Shown here: positions 23,205-44,172 of the stretch, piece after piece
How positions within the stretch are numbered: the stretch's first letter is position 1
Layout: the number at the start of each line of letters is the position of its first letter
Assembly: GCA_964016885.1 (NCBI GenBank)
Contig: OZ024747.1
Location: 72,726,001 to 72,790,000 of the forward strand
Direction of reading: 5' to 3'
Length of the DNA stretch: 64,000 nt
Source of the DNA: Eledone cirrhosa
Taxonomy: Eukaryota
The notes under the pieces: generated by a model
What the model saw: the letters and a program-made list of their open reading frames with translations, nothing else
Told to the model about the DNA's origin: nothing
Database searches by the model: none
Made by a program: the position numbers and the translations under genes

Positions 23205-23825
23205 TTGGTGGCAGTCTCTGATCAAATGTACGGATGATTTTTCAGACTCACTGCACTTTGAATTCAAATGTCAAAGTCAACCTTGCTTTTCATCAATCCA
23301 AGGTTGATAAAATAGAGCACATGAGTCGATTTAATCAATTTTCACCTTCCTCTTAAAATGATTAGTATACAGGTCTTGTGGTCGATAAAGAAATCATTAT
23401 AATTATCATAATTTCAAATACCGCCAAGGTTAACTTTGCCTTTCATCCTTACGGGGTCGATAAAATAAAGTACTAGTATCGTACTGGTGTTGATTTAATC
23501 GACTTTCCCCTTTCCCCAAATTACTGGCCTTGTGCCTATATTATAAATCATTATTATAAGTACAAATTTTGCCGATGTTAGCTCTGCCTTTCATCCTTGC
23601 GGGGTTGATAAAATAAAGTATCAGTGATGAACTGGGATCAATTTAATTGACTTTCTCCTCCCCGAAAATGGTTGGCCTTTTGCCTAAATCAGAAATCATA
23701 ATTATTATTATTATTCTAAGAATGGTGGGAGGCTCTGTTCTGAGTTCAAACATCGCCAAAGTCAGTTTTGCCTTTCATCCTTACAGGGTTCAATAAAATA
23801 AAGTACCAGCAACACACTGGGGTCA
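23205..23825 (+). mobile_element. Four consecutive SINE family 1 copies or fragments
   Basis: The 'gcctttcatcctt..ggggt.gataaaata' domain recurs at ~23285, 23438, 23586 and 23770. Confidence 0.8.
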
Positions 23826-25647
23826 GTAAAGTAACAGTAACAAACTGGACCACAGTCATACTTGCACTTGTTTATGAAACTTGATTTGTGAATGACTTGC
23901 AGGACATGGGCCTCTCTTCTCACCTACCCATACCCAAGATCCCCTCATGGAAACTTCTGGCTGAACTTTCCATCACAGAACATTAAAGAAGTTGTGAAAT
24001 CAGGATTTTAATGTTGGTGAAAGAAAAGTGGAGATGAGGAAAGTACAAGAAAAACAACAAAAAACACAGAAAAGTTGAATTGTTAGTGTACTGAGGGACA
24101 GGCATAGAAATAAGGAACTTTCAAAGTAACACAGTTTTATATAAATTTGAATAAGGTAAAGACTGCCTTCGATCAGGAATTACCATGAGATTTGCACGTA
24201 GAAAGTTTCCCTTCCAAGGCACAAGCTCAGCCAAGACGTTTTTGTAGAAGATCAGCAGTCATCCATATATACCAGTCTCCCTTTTCCATGATGTTATCCA
24301 AGAGAAATACAACAGCTGATAGAGCTTTACACCAGTGACATCACAACTCATTTCTACAGCTGAGTGAACTGGAGAATGTGTCTTGCTCAAGGACACAATG
24401 CACCGTCCAGTCCAGGAATCAAACACACAATCTCACAGTTGTGAATCTAACTCGCTAGCCACTAATGTATAATAATTGCCTGCAATTAATAAATAAATCA
24501 CTAAATATATTTTAAACATGAACACAGGCGAAATGGGGTTCCTCCAAAGTCTTTGGAGTAATGTTACTTGATAGAGTGCATAGCTTGGCGATCAGAGAGT
24601 TGCTACTTCTCCAAATTGAGATATCACAGGTCTGATATTACAGCCATGTGATTAGAATGTCTCAGGAAAGAATTGCTAAACAGATTTTATGGGCAAAATC
24701 AACCAGCAGGAGACCCAAGGGTAGACCCTGAGCAAGATGGTTGGATAACATCCCTGAGCTCGGTTGGTCTTGCTTGGATAAATTCAACAGCCAGATAAAT
24801 TCAACAAAAAAAAAAAAAAAATACTCTGAATATGAGCCCTGTGTGGGTAATAAAGAATCCCTTATAGTGGTGTTAGCAGTAGTAGTAGTAGCAATAGCAG
24901 GAGCAGTACTTATATAGGATTAGTTCAATCACGCATATCTCTTACCTTAGGTAATTTAAACAATTCCTTCCTATGACTAGGCAGGTAGGTAAATGGATAT
25001 ATGGGTTAGTAGATTGATAAGTATGTAGGTTAGTTAGTAGATGGATAGAGCGGGAGGAAGAGTCATAGCCTTTTTTTTTGTTTTTTGTTTATTCAGCATT
25101 AATATATAAGCACTACAATGAGGTGGGTATCTTGAAGAGAAAGAGAGAGGGAGGGGGGAGGATAAACTTAGCTTAGATTTTGGAGCAGATATGTGGTAGG
25201 TCTTTTCAAGTAGGTCCTGTATAGGGTGTACACACATACATATATATATATATATACTTATAAAAATATACACACATATTTGACAAATAATAAAAATGGA
25301 TAAAATAAGTATTTAGGGTCAATATGATAGATTGATTTGTTTTGCAGCTAGAGCACTGACCACAAACTTTCAAAGTCATGACGACTGACCATAATTCAAA
25401 GACACAAAGACAGTTGAGACTGAAACCTTGAGGGCAGTGCTCCAGCTCAAACACAATTTAAAGAGAGTTCTGACTGGTACCACTACAATTAAAAGTTAGT
25501 CCTTAATACCCCCTGTGTGATACCTGTTATCAGTACCATCATACATAACCTCATATTTTTAAGTGCTCATATATAAATTAAAACCTCCATCATAATTTTA
25601 TGTATGAATATTTTTATTAAGTTATGTTCCCAATGCCAGCTTTAATA

Positions 25648-25844
25648 ATGGTTTCTTATATAGGCACAAGGCCAGCAATTTTTTGGAGAGAAGAAAGTTG
25701 ATTAAATCGACCCCAGTGAGTTACTGGTACCTTATTTTAATGACCCCTTAAGAATAAAAGACAAAGCTAACCATGGCAGAATTTGAAATCAGAATGCAAA
25801 GGACCATAACTCCATGCTGTGAAGCACGTTGTCCAAAGCTCTAT
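25648..25844 (-). mobile_element. SINE family 1, running into the gap
   Basis: 'ggcacaaggccagcaatt...cgaccccagtg...ctggtacc...ggcagaatttgaaatcagaa'. Confidence 0.75.
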
Positions 25845-26044
25845 NNNNNNNNNNNNNNNNNNNNNNNNNNNNNNNNNNNNNNNNNNNNNNNNNNNNNNNN
25901 NNNNNNNNNNNNNNNNNNNNNNNNNNNNNNNNNNNNNNNNNNNNNNNNNNNNNNNNNNNNNNNNNNNNNNNNNNNNNNNNNNNNNNNNNNNNNNNNNNNN
26001 NNNNNNNNNNNNNNNNNNNNNNNNNNNNNNNNNNNNNNNNNNNN
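25845..26044. other. Assembly gap (200 N)
   Basis: Direct reading. Confidence 1.
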
Positions 26045-29500
<3,456 letters not shown>

Positions 29501-30447
29501 ATCATCATCATCAACGTTTAACGTCCGTGTTCCACGCTTGCATGGGTTTGGACGGGGGTAGTCCCACTTGAGGCAAGAGTGATTGTCTTGCTCGCATAGG
29601 ACTGTCTGGCAGGTTTTCTACAGTTGGATGCCCTTCCTAACACCAACCACATTTACAGTGTGGGTCTGGGAGGTTTTTACCGTGTTGCCTACACGGCCAC
29701 ATTACAGCGTGGACTGTGTGTTTTTTTTGTCATGACACCTACACGATCTCATTTGTTTCGGCCTGGATGGCGCGGCACCAACATAACTTTACATAGAACG
29801 GGGTGGTGTGGATGGGGTGGGGGTGGTGGCGGGACGGGTGTAGTTTGTTAGAGATGCCTACTGGCAAGGCGGGTCTTCTCTGTTACTGAGTACCGCCAAA
29901 GGTCACGGTCCAGTGACATTGTCTTGGAGAGGTGTAAGTGTGTGAGGTCGGAGTTTATCAGCTCATCCATGTTTTTCTAGGTCTGCCTATTCCGTGGCTA
30001 CCGTCTATCTTATTGCCCTGCACTTTGTAATACAGCTATCGACTTTCATGCGCATCACGTGTCCATACCAACGCAGCCTTCTCTCGAGTAAACAACATCT
30101 GATCCCTCTTATCTCTAATTTTTTCCTTAGTTCGTTTATGCTTTGCCGTTCACGTATATTACTGTTACACATCCAGCGGAGCATGCAAGCTTCGTTCCTC
30201 TCTAGTCTGTGTATATCCTCTGCACACAATGCCCAGGTCTCACTACCATGCCACATTGCTGTTCGTATGCAGGCATCGTACAACCTGCCTTTCATTTTTA
30301 GGGAGAACCCTTTAGCAGCTAATAGTGGGTATAAGCTCTCTGAACTTTTTCCAACCAGTTCTGACTCTAGCTACAGTACTTTCAGAGCACCCTCCCCCAC
30401 TGCTGATTTTATCGCCCAGGTAACGGAAGCTGTCCACTGTCCACTAT
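29501..30447 (-). mobile_element. RTE-clade LINE, family A, 5'-truncated, embedded in the TA array
   Basis: (ATC)n tail at 29501. ORF 30005-30295 matches the family A C-terminus. Confidence 0.92.
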
Positions 30448-34857
<4,410 letters not shown>

Positions 34858-34999
34858 ACGGAGGAAATGTGGTAAGGAACCAGGTGGACCATAACGCACC
34901 AAAGTACTCAATACTTAGGGTAGTAGAGTGGGTAATACGAACGAGTAGGACCCCGACGGCTGAGCTCAAGCCGTTTCGACGAAAATTTTTATCCTGGTC

Positions 35000-36208
35000 A
35001 GCATGGGCGTGACGGATTCGGCTGAGGTCACAGATCTTATAGGATTATTCCTAATAGCCAAACTCACCGATATGTTTCCTGCATTTGGCGGTGGATTGTA
35101 CCGTGATGATGGGCTCCTTACCCTTAAAGGGTACAACCCCAGTAGTACACATCGGGTCCGTAAACAATTAATAGCTCTTCCGCGACTGGGGATTTAAAAT
35201 AACATACAAACGTCCCTGACCCGAGTAAACTTCCTGGACGTTACCCTTGACCTCGATAATGATCTGCACTACCCATACAGGAAACCTAATGACAACCTGC
35301 ACTACATCCATCGCCGGTCAAACCATCCTAGGAACATCACCAATAACCTGGTTAAAAACATCTCCCTCCGCATATCCCGTTTGTCAGCTAACGAGCAGAT
35401 ATTCGATGAACATGCGCCTTATTACAACCAGGCCCTCAAGCGGAGTGGTTTCTGGGAGGAAATATTCTACTGTCCAGCTCCCATTAGCGGAACCAGCAGG
35501 CGACACCGTCGCTCATGCAATGTAACATGGTTCAATCCTCCCCACAACGCCGAGGTGACAACTCCTATCGGGAAAATCTTCTTTAGGCTCATTGAAAAAC
35601 ACTTCCCACTACAACACCGCTACCACAACATAATTAACAAAAATACCATCAAACTCTCTTACAGCACTACACCAAACTTTGCACAAAACATCGTCTCCTC
35701 TAACAACAAAAAACTCAACCCCTATGGAAGAAATAACCTAAATAGCAGTGAAGAGCCGACCAGGAGGTGCAACTGTCCTGATGGATCCATTTGCCCCCTC
35801 GACTACAGATGCAGAGATCGTAATGTGATCTACCGGTGCAACGTGAGGACGGACACCTCCAACAAAGCTTATATAGGATTAACCGCATGTGACTTCAAGA
35901 CCCGGCTATACCAACACAGACATACCTTCCGAAACCCGGCCCGGCGTCACGCCACTACACTTTCGGGCCACATATGGGACCTCAAGGATAACAACATTAC
36001 CTATGATCTCACTTGGAGCTTACTGTCCAGAGCCAACTCTTACACGGGAGGACGCCGTACGTGCAATTTATGCTCGGACGAAACTTTACAAGTGCTGTTT
36101 TCGATGGACCAACTCCTAAACAAGAAAGATGAACTGGTTACTGCATGTAAACACAGATTGCATAGGACTTACCTCGCCCTCAAACCCCATAATGACCCGG
36201 GGGGGTAG
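35000..36208 (+). pseudogene. PLE ORF: RT C-terminal half + GIY-YIG endonuclease
   Basis: [54 protein letters not shown]-x5-CPL-x3-C, VIY...YIG, TTLSGHIW, CNLC, LLNK..E...CKH. Two frameshifts near 35175-35205. Confidence 0.92.
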
Positions 36209-37311
36209 ACTAGGGCTATAACACCCCACTTGCCGATTTTGTAATGGGTAACCCCTGCTTGCAAAGGTAGACGCAAGATCTTCTTTTATATCTTTTTATC
36301 GCTTCCTCTATATTTCCTTCTTCCCCCCATCCCTCCCTAGTTCTTCCACCCCAGTTCTCTTTCTTTGTCGTCTTTTTCTCGCCCACCCGAGGCAGCCCCT
36401 CGGTCCTTTGTAGCCTCAGTACCCTCACCCCCTTCCCCTATTCTATGATAGATTTGGCCGACTCCGCTTTTTATAGCAGATGTGTTAGACCCCGGATACT
36501 TGCCCTCTTATCCGACCGCTGCCCCTTTTCCGTGCTTTCTATATTTCTTAGTGGTATCTTTCCTTTAATTTCTCGTATATCAGTATTTTTTTTTGGGGGG
36601 GGGGGGGGGGGGGGGGGGGTCTGAATTAATTTTCCGTATCAAATTTTACTTATACTTCGTACGAGCTTTTATGTAGCTTGCACTAGAACTTTTGTATTGT
36701 GGCGGCACCCTTGAGATAGTATTAGTATTCTTTTTCGGGACTCTGAATTATTATTTCGTATTAGTTTACTTTTTTGCACTGGGTGTTTGCTGGCCTTGTG
36801 CCTGGGGTAGAAACCTTTATTTATTATTTTGTGGTAGTTTCTTTAGTATCTTGGCCCCTCACTTGTTGACCTGTCACCGTAAGATATACTCGGTTTATTA
36901 CTTATACCTCTTAAAAGGGTCTCATTATAATTCCGTCCCACCTAGTATACCTTTCTTTAGCCTAGCAGTAGCAGTGAGAGACTTAGGTCGTAGTAACCAG
37001 AAATTGTTTATTTTTTTTTTTACATTTAATTGCTTTTTAACACTCTCGGTATTTTTCTATATACTTACCCCATATTGTTCTACTTATTGTTTCGAATTCC
37101 TCCTCCTCCCTAGTATCTTCTTTGACCTCATGCCCAGCTGTAGTCGGCACTATCAACGCATGAATGGGTCTCCTCCACCCCCTCTCCCTTTCTCCTACTG
37201 GCAGGTTCAGCTACCCCTTCCCTCCACTAATTGCCATCATTGAATTATTATGTCTCAACAACAAACTTTTGACCAATCCTTGTGACAATCACTTTTACCA
37301 TATATGGAATT

Positions 37312-37407
37312 ACCCCTTGAGAAGCTCGGCTATTCAAATACCAGGATAAAAATTTCCATTTAGTCCAGAATTAGCCGTCGAAATGGCTTGAGCTCAGCCG
37401 TCGGGGT
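37312..37407 (+). ncRNA. Type I hammerhead motif with U3-A8 core variant
   Basis: acccc-TTGAGAA-gctcggcta...tagccgtc-GAAA-tggcttgagctcagccg-tc-ggggt. GUC triplet and near-palindromic long stem III. Confidence 0.75.
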
Positions 37408-37459
37408 CCTACTCATTCCTATATATATATATATATATATACATACATATATGTATATA

Positions 37460-37620
37460 TTGTGGCTGCCAACTGGTTTTCGAGTACGGCCACTACTTTA
37501 TATCCATGTAGGAGAACCCCTACCGATGCGCTGAACGACTGACTTTTTAGTCCAGCCAGCGACTTGAAAACTCTGGTACAAACACTACACTTGTAACAAT
37601 TATTGACACATAGTGCTAGG
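37460..37620 (-). mobile_element. Old RTE-type LINE 3' end (zinc-finger-like C-terminus)
   Basis: YKCSVCTRVFKSLAGLKS in the minus frame. Confidence 0.4.
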
Positions 37621-38068
37621 CCCATGGTACCATGTGACAAGTGCAGAGAGATCTCCTCCAGATATAAAGCAATGCCTGTGCTGTGAAGCTTTTATAGTGA
37701 GCACAGGCACTGCACAAAGCCAGTCCCACTCTCTTAAACAAGATGATATTTACCAAAAAGAAGAACAAGTCAACATCATTGGATACCATCAGTGTTGCAG
37801 GTGTTATATCAGAGTTTTCCTTCTCCTAGAATTCTGCCTTGACAGAGGCTAAGGGGTCATCTCTCCCGGTGATTTTGGATGGCCATTGACTCTTAAGAGC
37901 TCCTTTGCCCTTTGACAGGTTTTGTTTTTAGTCCTGCAGGATGTCCAAAGTCACCCTCCTCACCAAGAAACCTTGGTGGGGTTGCCAGTTTAGTCGCCAA
38001 CGACCCGACCATGAGACAGGTTGTACTGGGATACATGTTACCAGTAGCACCAACTGGTGACCTGACAT

Positions 38069-38111
<43 letters not shown>

Positions 38112-38123
38112 CACATGCATATT

Positions 38124-38457
38124 TAGGTAAGGCGGGTCTTCTGTATTACTGTGTAGCGCCAAAGATCTCGGTCCAGTGACATTGTCTTGGAGAGGTGTAA
38201 GTGTGTAAGGTCGGAATTTATCAAGTCGTCCCAGGTTTTTCTGGGTCTGCCTACTCCGTGGCTACCGTCTATTTTTATTGCTCTGCACTTTTTTATACAG
38301 CTGTCATCTTTCATGCGCATCACGTGACCATACCAACGTAGTCTTCTCTCGAGTAAACAGCATCTGATCCCTCTTATTTCTAATTTTTACCTTAGTTCGT
38401 TTATGCTTTGCCGTTCACGTATATTACTATTACACATCCAGCGGAGCATGCAAGCTT
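38124..38457 (-). mobile_element. RTE family A fragment (ORF2 C-terminus, no 3' UTR)
   Basis: ORF 38123-38323 matches the C-terminus of 41964-42428. Confidence 0.9.
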
Positions 38458-40125
38458 GTGTAATTGCAATATACATATATGTATACATAGGTCAGAATAC
38501 AGCCAATCTGAGAGAGTAAAAGAAAGAGAGAATGGAAGAATTGAGCCAAGTACTAGATTGGAAATTTATCAAGTTGGGAAGGATGAGCAGCAGAGTTGAC
38601 CTCCGTGGAATTTAAACTCAAACAACAGAGAGCTATAATACTACAAAACATTTTATCCAACATTCTAACTGCTAATTGACTGCCTATATACATATACACA
38701 TAACATACACCATCATCACCGTTTAACATACATTTTCCAAGCTAGTATGAGCTAGACGGGTTGTCCTATTTGCGACAAGTCAAGGTTTTGCTCACACAGA
38801 ACTGATTTTGGCCGGTTTCTATAGCTGGATGCTCTTCCTAACGCCAACCACATTTACAGTGAGTACTGGGTGCTTTTTGTTATGATACCTACATGACCAC
38901 CTTAGTGTGGGCTGGGTGATTTTTGTTGTGTCGCCATTACGACCAGTTGGGCTCAACTCTTCTTAGCCATCTCAGATATGCAAAGATACATCCAATATGT
39001 ATAAATACGTGGCTAAAGCTTCTGGCTGGGAATGTTGCCTTACAAACGATCCTATGCATGTGCTCCAAATGGATTTGTTGAGCAGATTGTAAGCAACAAG
39101 ATCAAAATCATTGGACATTGATCTAAACCCTTATTATGTATATAGGCTTGTATCTCCTGTAATATGGTATAAAAGTTACAGCTGATACCTATGTAAGTTT
39201 GATTAACCTCCTACAAGGTTGCATCTGATAAAAGGCTCCTTGGGTGTTTTAATAAAGGGGCCCAGTCCTATCAGGAAAAGCAACATGAAATAAAGTGCCT
39301 TGCTTAAGATCACAACGTGCCATCAAGTCAAGTCACTGAACCCACAATTTTATGATTACATGTCCAACAGACACTAGGCCATGCAGCTTCACTTTTATTA
39401 TGGTATTCACTCCACAGACTAACTAGATCTTGGCATTGTGCTAGTATCACATAATAACCAGTTAATTCTCTTGAGTATTCAGACCAAGACAATCAGACAA
39501 GACAATCATATTTCTTTGACTCTCTTCGGCATATAGTAGTAGTAGCAGCAGCAGCAATAACTGCAACAGCAGCAATGTCAGCAGTAACAGCTTCAACAGC
39601 AGTGGTAGTAGTAAAGCTTTCAAGTAGAGTAGAGGAGTGAGGTGAATGGGGAAGTGGTCTGAACTAGGCTACCTAAACGGGATTTTAAGGTTATATGTGA
39701 AAGGGTCAGGTATGACATCCTACAGAGATCTCACACCCTGGAAAGGCAAACTAAATAATCAATGTAAATTTGAACAAGTTTTTTCATGTACACAACAAGT
39801 AACCCTTTCATTAACATACTCCTAATGGAAGACAGTACTACTCTATTATATGTTCCAGTTGACATGCTGAGGCCATGCTGGGGCACCACCACTGATGCTA
39901 TATTTTCTACAGCTAGCTTTCCTTGGTTGGCCATTGATGCAATAGGGAGTTTGTTGCTGCCCCCCTTAATTGCGCTTCACCTCTTGGTTATCAGAATGTT
40001 GAGATGTTTCTTGAAAACGTCTACATGTACGTCATGTAGATCTCAGATTTTTTGGCATACAATTTTCAAATAACTTATGCTGGGATACTCTTTCCAGTGG
40101 CAACCTTTTCCAGGTACATTTGGTA

Positions 40126-40155
40126 AGTAACTCAGGTTTTGCTGCTCATCAGACT
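40126..40155 (-). ncRNA. Relic minimal hammerhead
   Basis: agt-CTGATGA-gcagc-aAAA-cctgag-tt-act. G12 is lost, consistent with CpG decay. Confidence 0.35.
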
Positions 40156-40617
40156 GAAGACAACATTCTATTGAAATACCAGTTGTGCTCTGATGGGTTT
40201 GTGGTCAAACCTGTATCAGGGGAAAGTTCTGGTGTTCTTGGCTCCCGGACAACATCCCTACCCACTACTATTGGAGCAGAGTTAGCTACATGATACAAAC
40301 CCACATGCTGGAATGGCTATTCCAATGCATCTCCCTTGTCATCCTCTGAGCTAATGATTTCTGAGATCACGAGGTGGCCTAGACATTAGCTCCCATGCAG
40401 AAGAGAATGCTCTCCCACTCCATCACAGGGGTAACCCTTACTATAGGAGGCACATGACCTACTGGTAAGGGTATTGGACTTATTTGTAATGTTGTGGGTT
40501 TGATTCCTGGACTTGGCTGTGTTCTTGAACAAAACACTTCATTTCACATTTCTCCAGTATACTCAGCTGAAAACTTAAATGTATTGTGTGCACATACATT
40601 TATGTGAATCTGTGTGA

Positions 40618-40646
<29 letters not shown>

Positions 40647-40652
<6 letters not shown>

Positions 40653-40920
40653 TTCTATTTAAATTGTTGGGATACAACAAGCAAATATTTTTATAGCTGA
40701 TATAAAGCACTCAACAATTAATTGGAGTAAAAATACGATATTAACAAATGGAAACTATATTTATAAAACCATATTTATTTCATTATACATATTTCAAGGA
40801 CACCAAGTTAAATTATGGTGTGCTTTCATCAGATAAAATATAATATAGAGCAGTTTTATAAATAAATATTGACATACCCTTAAAGAATGCGACCATTACT
40901 GTTGGAAGCTCCCGGATAGT
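40647..40920 (-). mobile_element. Solo copy of the 15785-16030 hammerhead element
   Basis: Collinear reverse-complement homology including the tail. (TA)n on both sides. Confidence 0.85.
40777..40839 (-). ncRNA. Type I hammerhead ribozyme motif
   Basis: attttat-CTGATGA-aag.c.acacca...tggtgt.c.ctt-GAAA-tatgta-ta-atgaaat. Stem II changes relative to 15854 keep pairing. Confidence 0.83.
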
Positions 40921-40933
40921 GTATATATATATT

Positions 40934-42799
40934 TGAAGGACTGGCACAGCAGCATCATCATTAACTGCTACAAGGGTAAAGGTGATGCCCTAGATAGGGG
41001 AAACTATAGAGGCATTAAACTCATTGACCAGGTCATGAAGGTCACAGAAAAAGTAATAGTGCAACTAATCAGAGAGAGAATTGATCTAGACGAAATGCAG
41101 TTCGGGTTTGTGTCAGGTAAAAGTACAACAGACGCTCTTTTCATTGTACGACAACTACAGGAGAAGTACCTAGCTAAAAGTAAACCCCTATACTTAGCCT
41201 TTGTTGACTTGGAGAAAGCCTTTGACAGAGTACCCTGCTTGATTATCTGGTGGGCCCTTAGAAAACTAGGTGTTGATGAATAGCTTGTGAGTGCGAAACA
41301 AGCCATGTATAAAGAAACAGTCAGCAAGGTTAGAATTAACAACGAATATAGTGAAGAGTTTAGCGTAAAAGTTGGTGTTCATCAGGGCTCCGTCCTTAGC
41401 CCCCTACTATTTATTATTGCCCTTCAGACTATAACAGAGGAGTTCAAGACCAGCTGCCCATGGGAACTCCTATATGCAGATGATCTAACGCTCATAGCTG
41501 AATCAATGGCAGAACTAGAGAAGAAATTCCAAACATGGAAGCATGGCCTAGAATCAAAAGGCCTTAAAGTTAACTTGTTTAAGACTAAAGTTCTAGTTTG
41601 TAGGAAGGAAAATAGGGCACCGGTCCCATCTGGGAAATGGCCATGCTCAGTGTGTAGGAAAGGAGTAGGCAGAAACTCCATTTTATGTCCCAAATGCAAA
41701 GTATGGGTGCATAAAAGATGTAGTGGGATCACAGGTAAGCTAACTAAGAATATAGATTTTATATGTGGCCGGTGCTCTGGTGCAATAAGTAGCAGCAAGT
41801 TCCCACAGAATACTAGCTCATTCCATTGCACAGATGGTTCTATAGAAATAGTGGACAGCTTCCGTTATCTGGGTGACAAAATCAGCAGTGGGGAGGGTGC
41901 TCTGAAAGTACAGTAGCTAGAGTCAGAACGGGGTGGAAAAAGTTCAGAGAGCTTATACCACTATTGGCCGCTAAAGGGTTCTCTCTAAAAATGAAAGGCA
42001 GGCTGTATGATGCCTGCATACGAACAGCAATGTTACATGGCAGTGAGACCTGGGCATTGTGTGTAGAGGATATACGCAGACTGGAGAGAAACGAAGCTTG
42101 CATGCTCCGCTGGATGTGTAATAGTAATATACGTGAACGGCAAAGCATAAACGAACTAAGGGAGAAATTAGGAATAAGAGGGATCAGATGTTATTTACTC
42201 GAGAGAAGACTACGTTGGTACGGTCACGTGATGCACATGAAAGACGACAGCTGTATAAAAAAGTTCAGGGAGATAAAAATAGACGGTAACCACAGAGTAG
42301 GCAGACCCAGAAAAACCCGGGACGACTTGATAAATTCCGACCTCACACACTTACACCTCTCCAAGACAATGTCACTGGACCGAGATCTTTGGCGCTACAC
42401 TGTAATACAGAAGACCCGCCTTGCCTAAGTACAAAGCGAAACCTACAGTCAGTAGGCACCTCTAACAAAATACACCCCCGTCCCACTATCCCCACCCCAT
42501 CCACACCACCCCTTAAATGTGAAGTTATGTTGGTACCACAACATCCAGTCCGAAACAAATGAGGTCATGTAGGTGTCACGAGAAAAAAAACACACAGTCC
42601 ACGCTGTAATGTGGCCGTGTAGGCAACACGGTAAAAACCTCCCAGACCACACTGTAAACGTGGTTGATGTTAGGAAGGGCAACCAGCCGTAGAAAACCCG
42701 CCAGACAGTCCTGAGCAAGACAACCAATCTTGCCTCAAGTGAGACAATTCCCGTCCAGACCCATGCTAGCGTGGAAAATGGACGTTAAACGATGATGAT
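40934..42799 (+). mobile_element. RTE-clade LINE, family A, 5'-truncated (RT to tail), with stop and frameshift
   Basis: ORFs 40933-41283, 41287-41916 and 41964-42428 form one broken ORF2 (YADD, PHD-like finger). (GAT)n tail. Confidence 0.95.
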
Positions 42800-42850
42800 G
42801 TGTATATATATGTGTGTTTATATATACACATATAAAGATATATATACACA

Positions 42851-42982
<132 letters not shown>

Positions 42983-43073
42983 TATATATGTGTGTGTATA
43001 TATATATATCTTTATATGTGTATATAGATCATCATCGTTTAACTTCCATCTTTCACGCTAGCATGGGTAGAAC

Positions 43074-43107
<34 letters not shown>

Positions 43108-43985
43108 TGTATATATACACATGCACATACCAAATTGCTATAAAAAAAATCTGCCTATGCAACTAATATAGTTTAGACAAAAATAGACTTAATATCAATT
43201 ACAGAAGTTAATAGAGGAAGTGTGTGAGATTGAACACTGGACATCTGTTTCTCTGGGGGCATTTTCAGGCAAATGGAAACAACTGATGAGATGGCGAATA
43301 GCTAAAACTGGAAATTGGAACTGTCACAAAAGAAAGTTGCTGATAGATTTACTTAGCTCCCCATAGACCTGTAAACTCTCTCCCTATATACATTTAAGTT
43401 GCCATTAGAATTATTTAATTATCTATTAGATATTTTTTCCATGTGCCCAAAAATATATTACTTCATTATTCCAGTATTTCTTTTTGTTTCTTTTAGTCAT
43501 TAGACTGTGGCCATGCTGGGGGCACTGCTTTCAATATACAGGATCAGTTATAAGTAACAGGGCAGTCAATACATTTTTGAAAGTTTCACACAAATTTTTC
43601 AACATCCTCGTCTAAATATATTGAGGAACAGGGTCAGCTTTTCCAACTTTAAATATATCTTTTAACTAATTTTGTTGATATATTTATAATTTCGTACTCT
43701 ATAACCAGAATTTTAGTAAATATCATTTGGAATATAAATGTTGGACTACTCGGTTACTTGTGACTCAGCCTGTATTTGTTGATATCAATGACTCCTGTAC
43801 TAATTATCAATTCCTAAAGCCTATACAGATCTGTTTTGAATTGGAAAGAAATAATTGTTTCTACTTTTGGCACAAGGCCAGCAATTACCCAGTGTATTAC
43901 TGGTACTTTATTTTATTGACCCCATAAGGATGAAAGGCAAAGTTAAAATGGAAAGAAATAATGCAGATTACAATTATTAGATAAA

Positions 43986-44172
43986 AGCCATCATTAAGAT
44001 GTAAGGTTCTCCTCAGTAGACAACATCTTATAAACACACAGCTCCAGCCATCATTAAGATGTAAGGTTCTCCTCAGTAGACAACATCTTATAAACACACA
44101 GCTCCAGCCATCATTAAGATGTAAGGTTCTCCTCAGTAGACAACATCTTATAAACACACAGCTCCAGCCATC
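43986..44172. repeat. Perfect 60-bp tandem repeat, about 3.1 copies
   Basis: Unit agccatcattaagatgtaaggttctcctcagtagacaacatcttataaacacacagctcc. Confidence 0.97.

Larger units (their letters stand above)
34858..37418 (+). mobile_element. Penelope-like retroelement (Naiad-type), 5'-truncated, with inverted pseudo-LTR
   Basis: Inverted copy of the 3' end at 34939-34998 (matches 37340-37418) plus a tail at 34858-34938. RT + GIY-YIG body, ~1.2-kb 3' UTR, (TA)n at both ends. Confidence 0.92.

Noticed and set aside
35381-36208. Selenocysteine-encoding Naiad (in-frame UGA at Cys positions)
   Set aside because: The frame is open with ordinary Cys codons. The stop in the other endonuclease is TAG at a non-Cys position.
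36692-37243. 183-aa hydrophobic ORF
   Set aside because: It lies in the T-rich PLE 3' UTR, has no ATG start and shows no recognisable motif.
43986-44172. CRISPR-like or retrozyme-like tandem array (CTGAGGA on the minus strand)
   Set aside because: The units are identical with no spacers, and there is no GAAA box or stems for a hammerhead.
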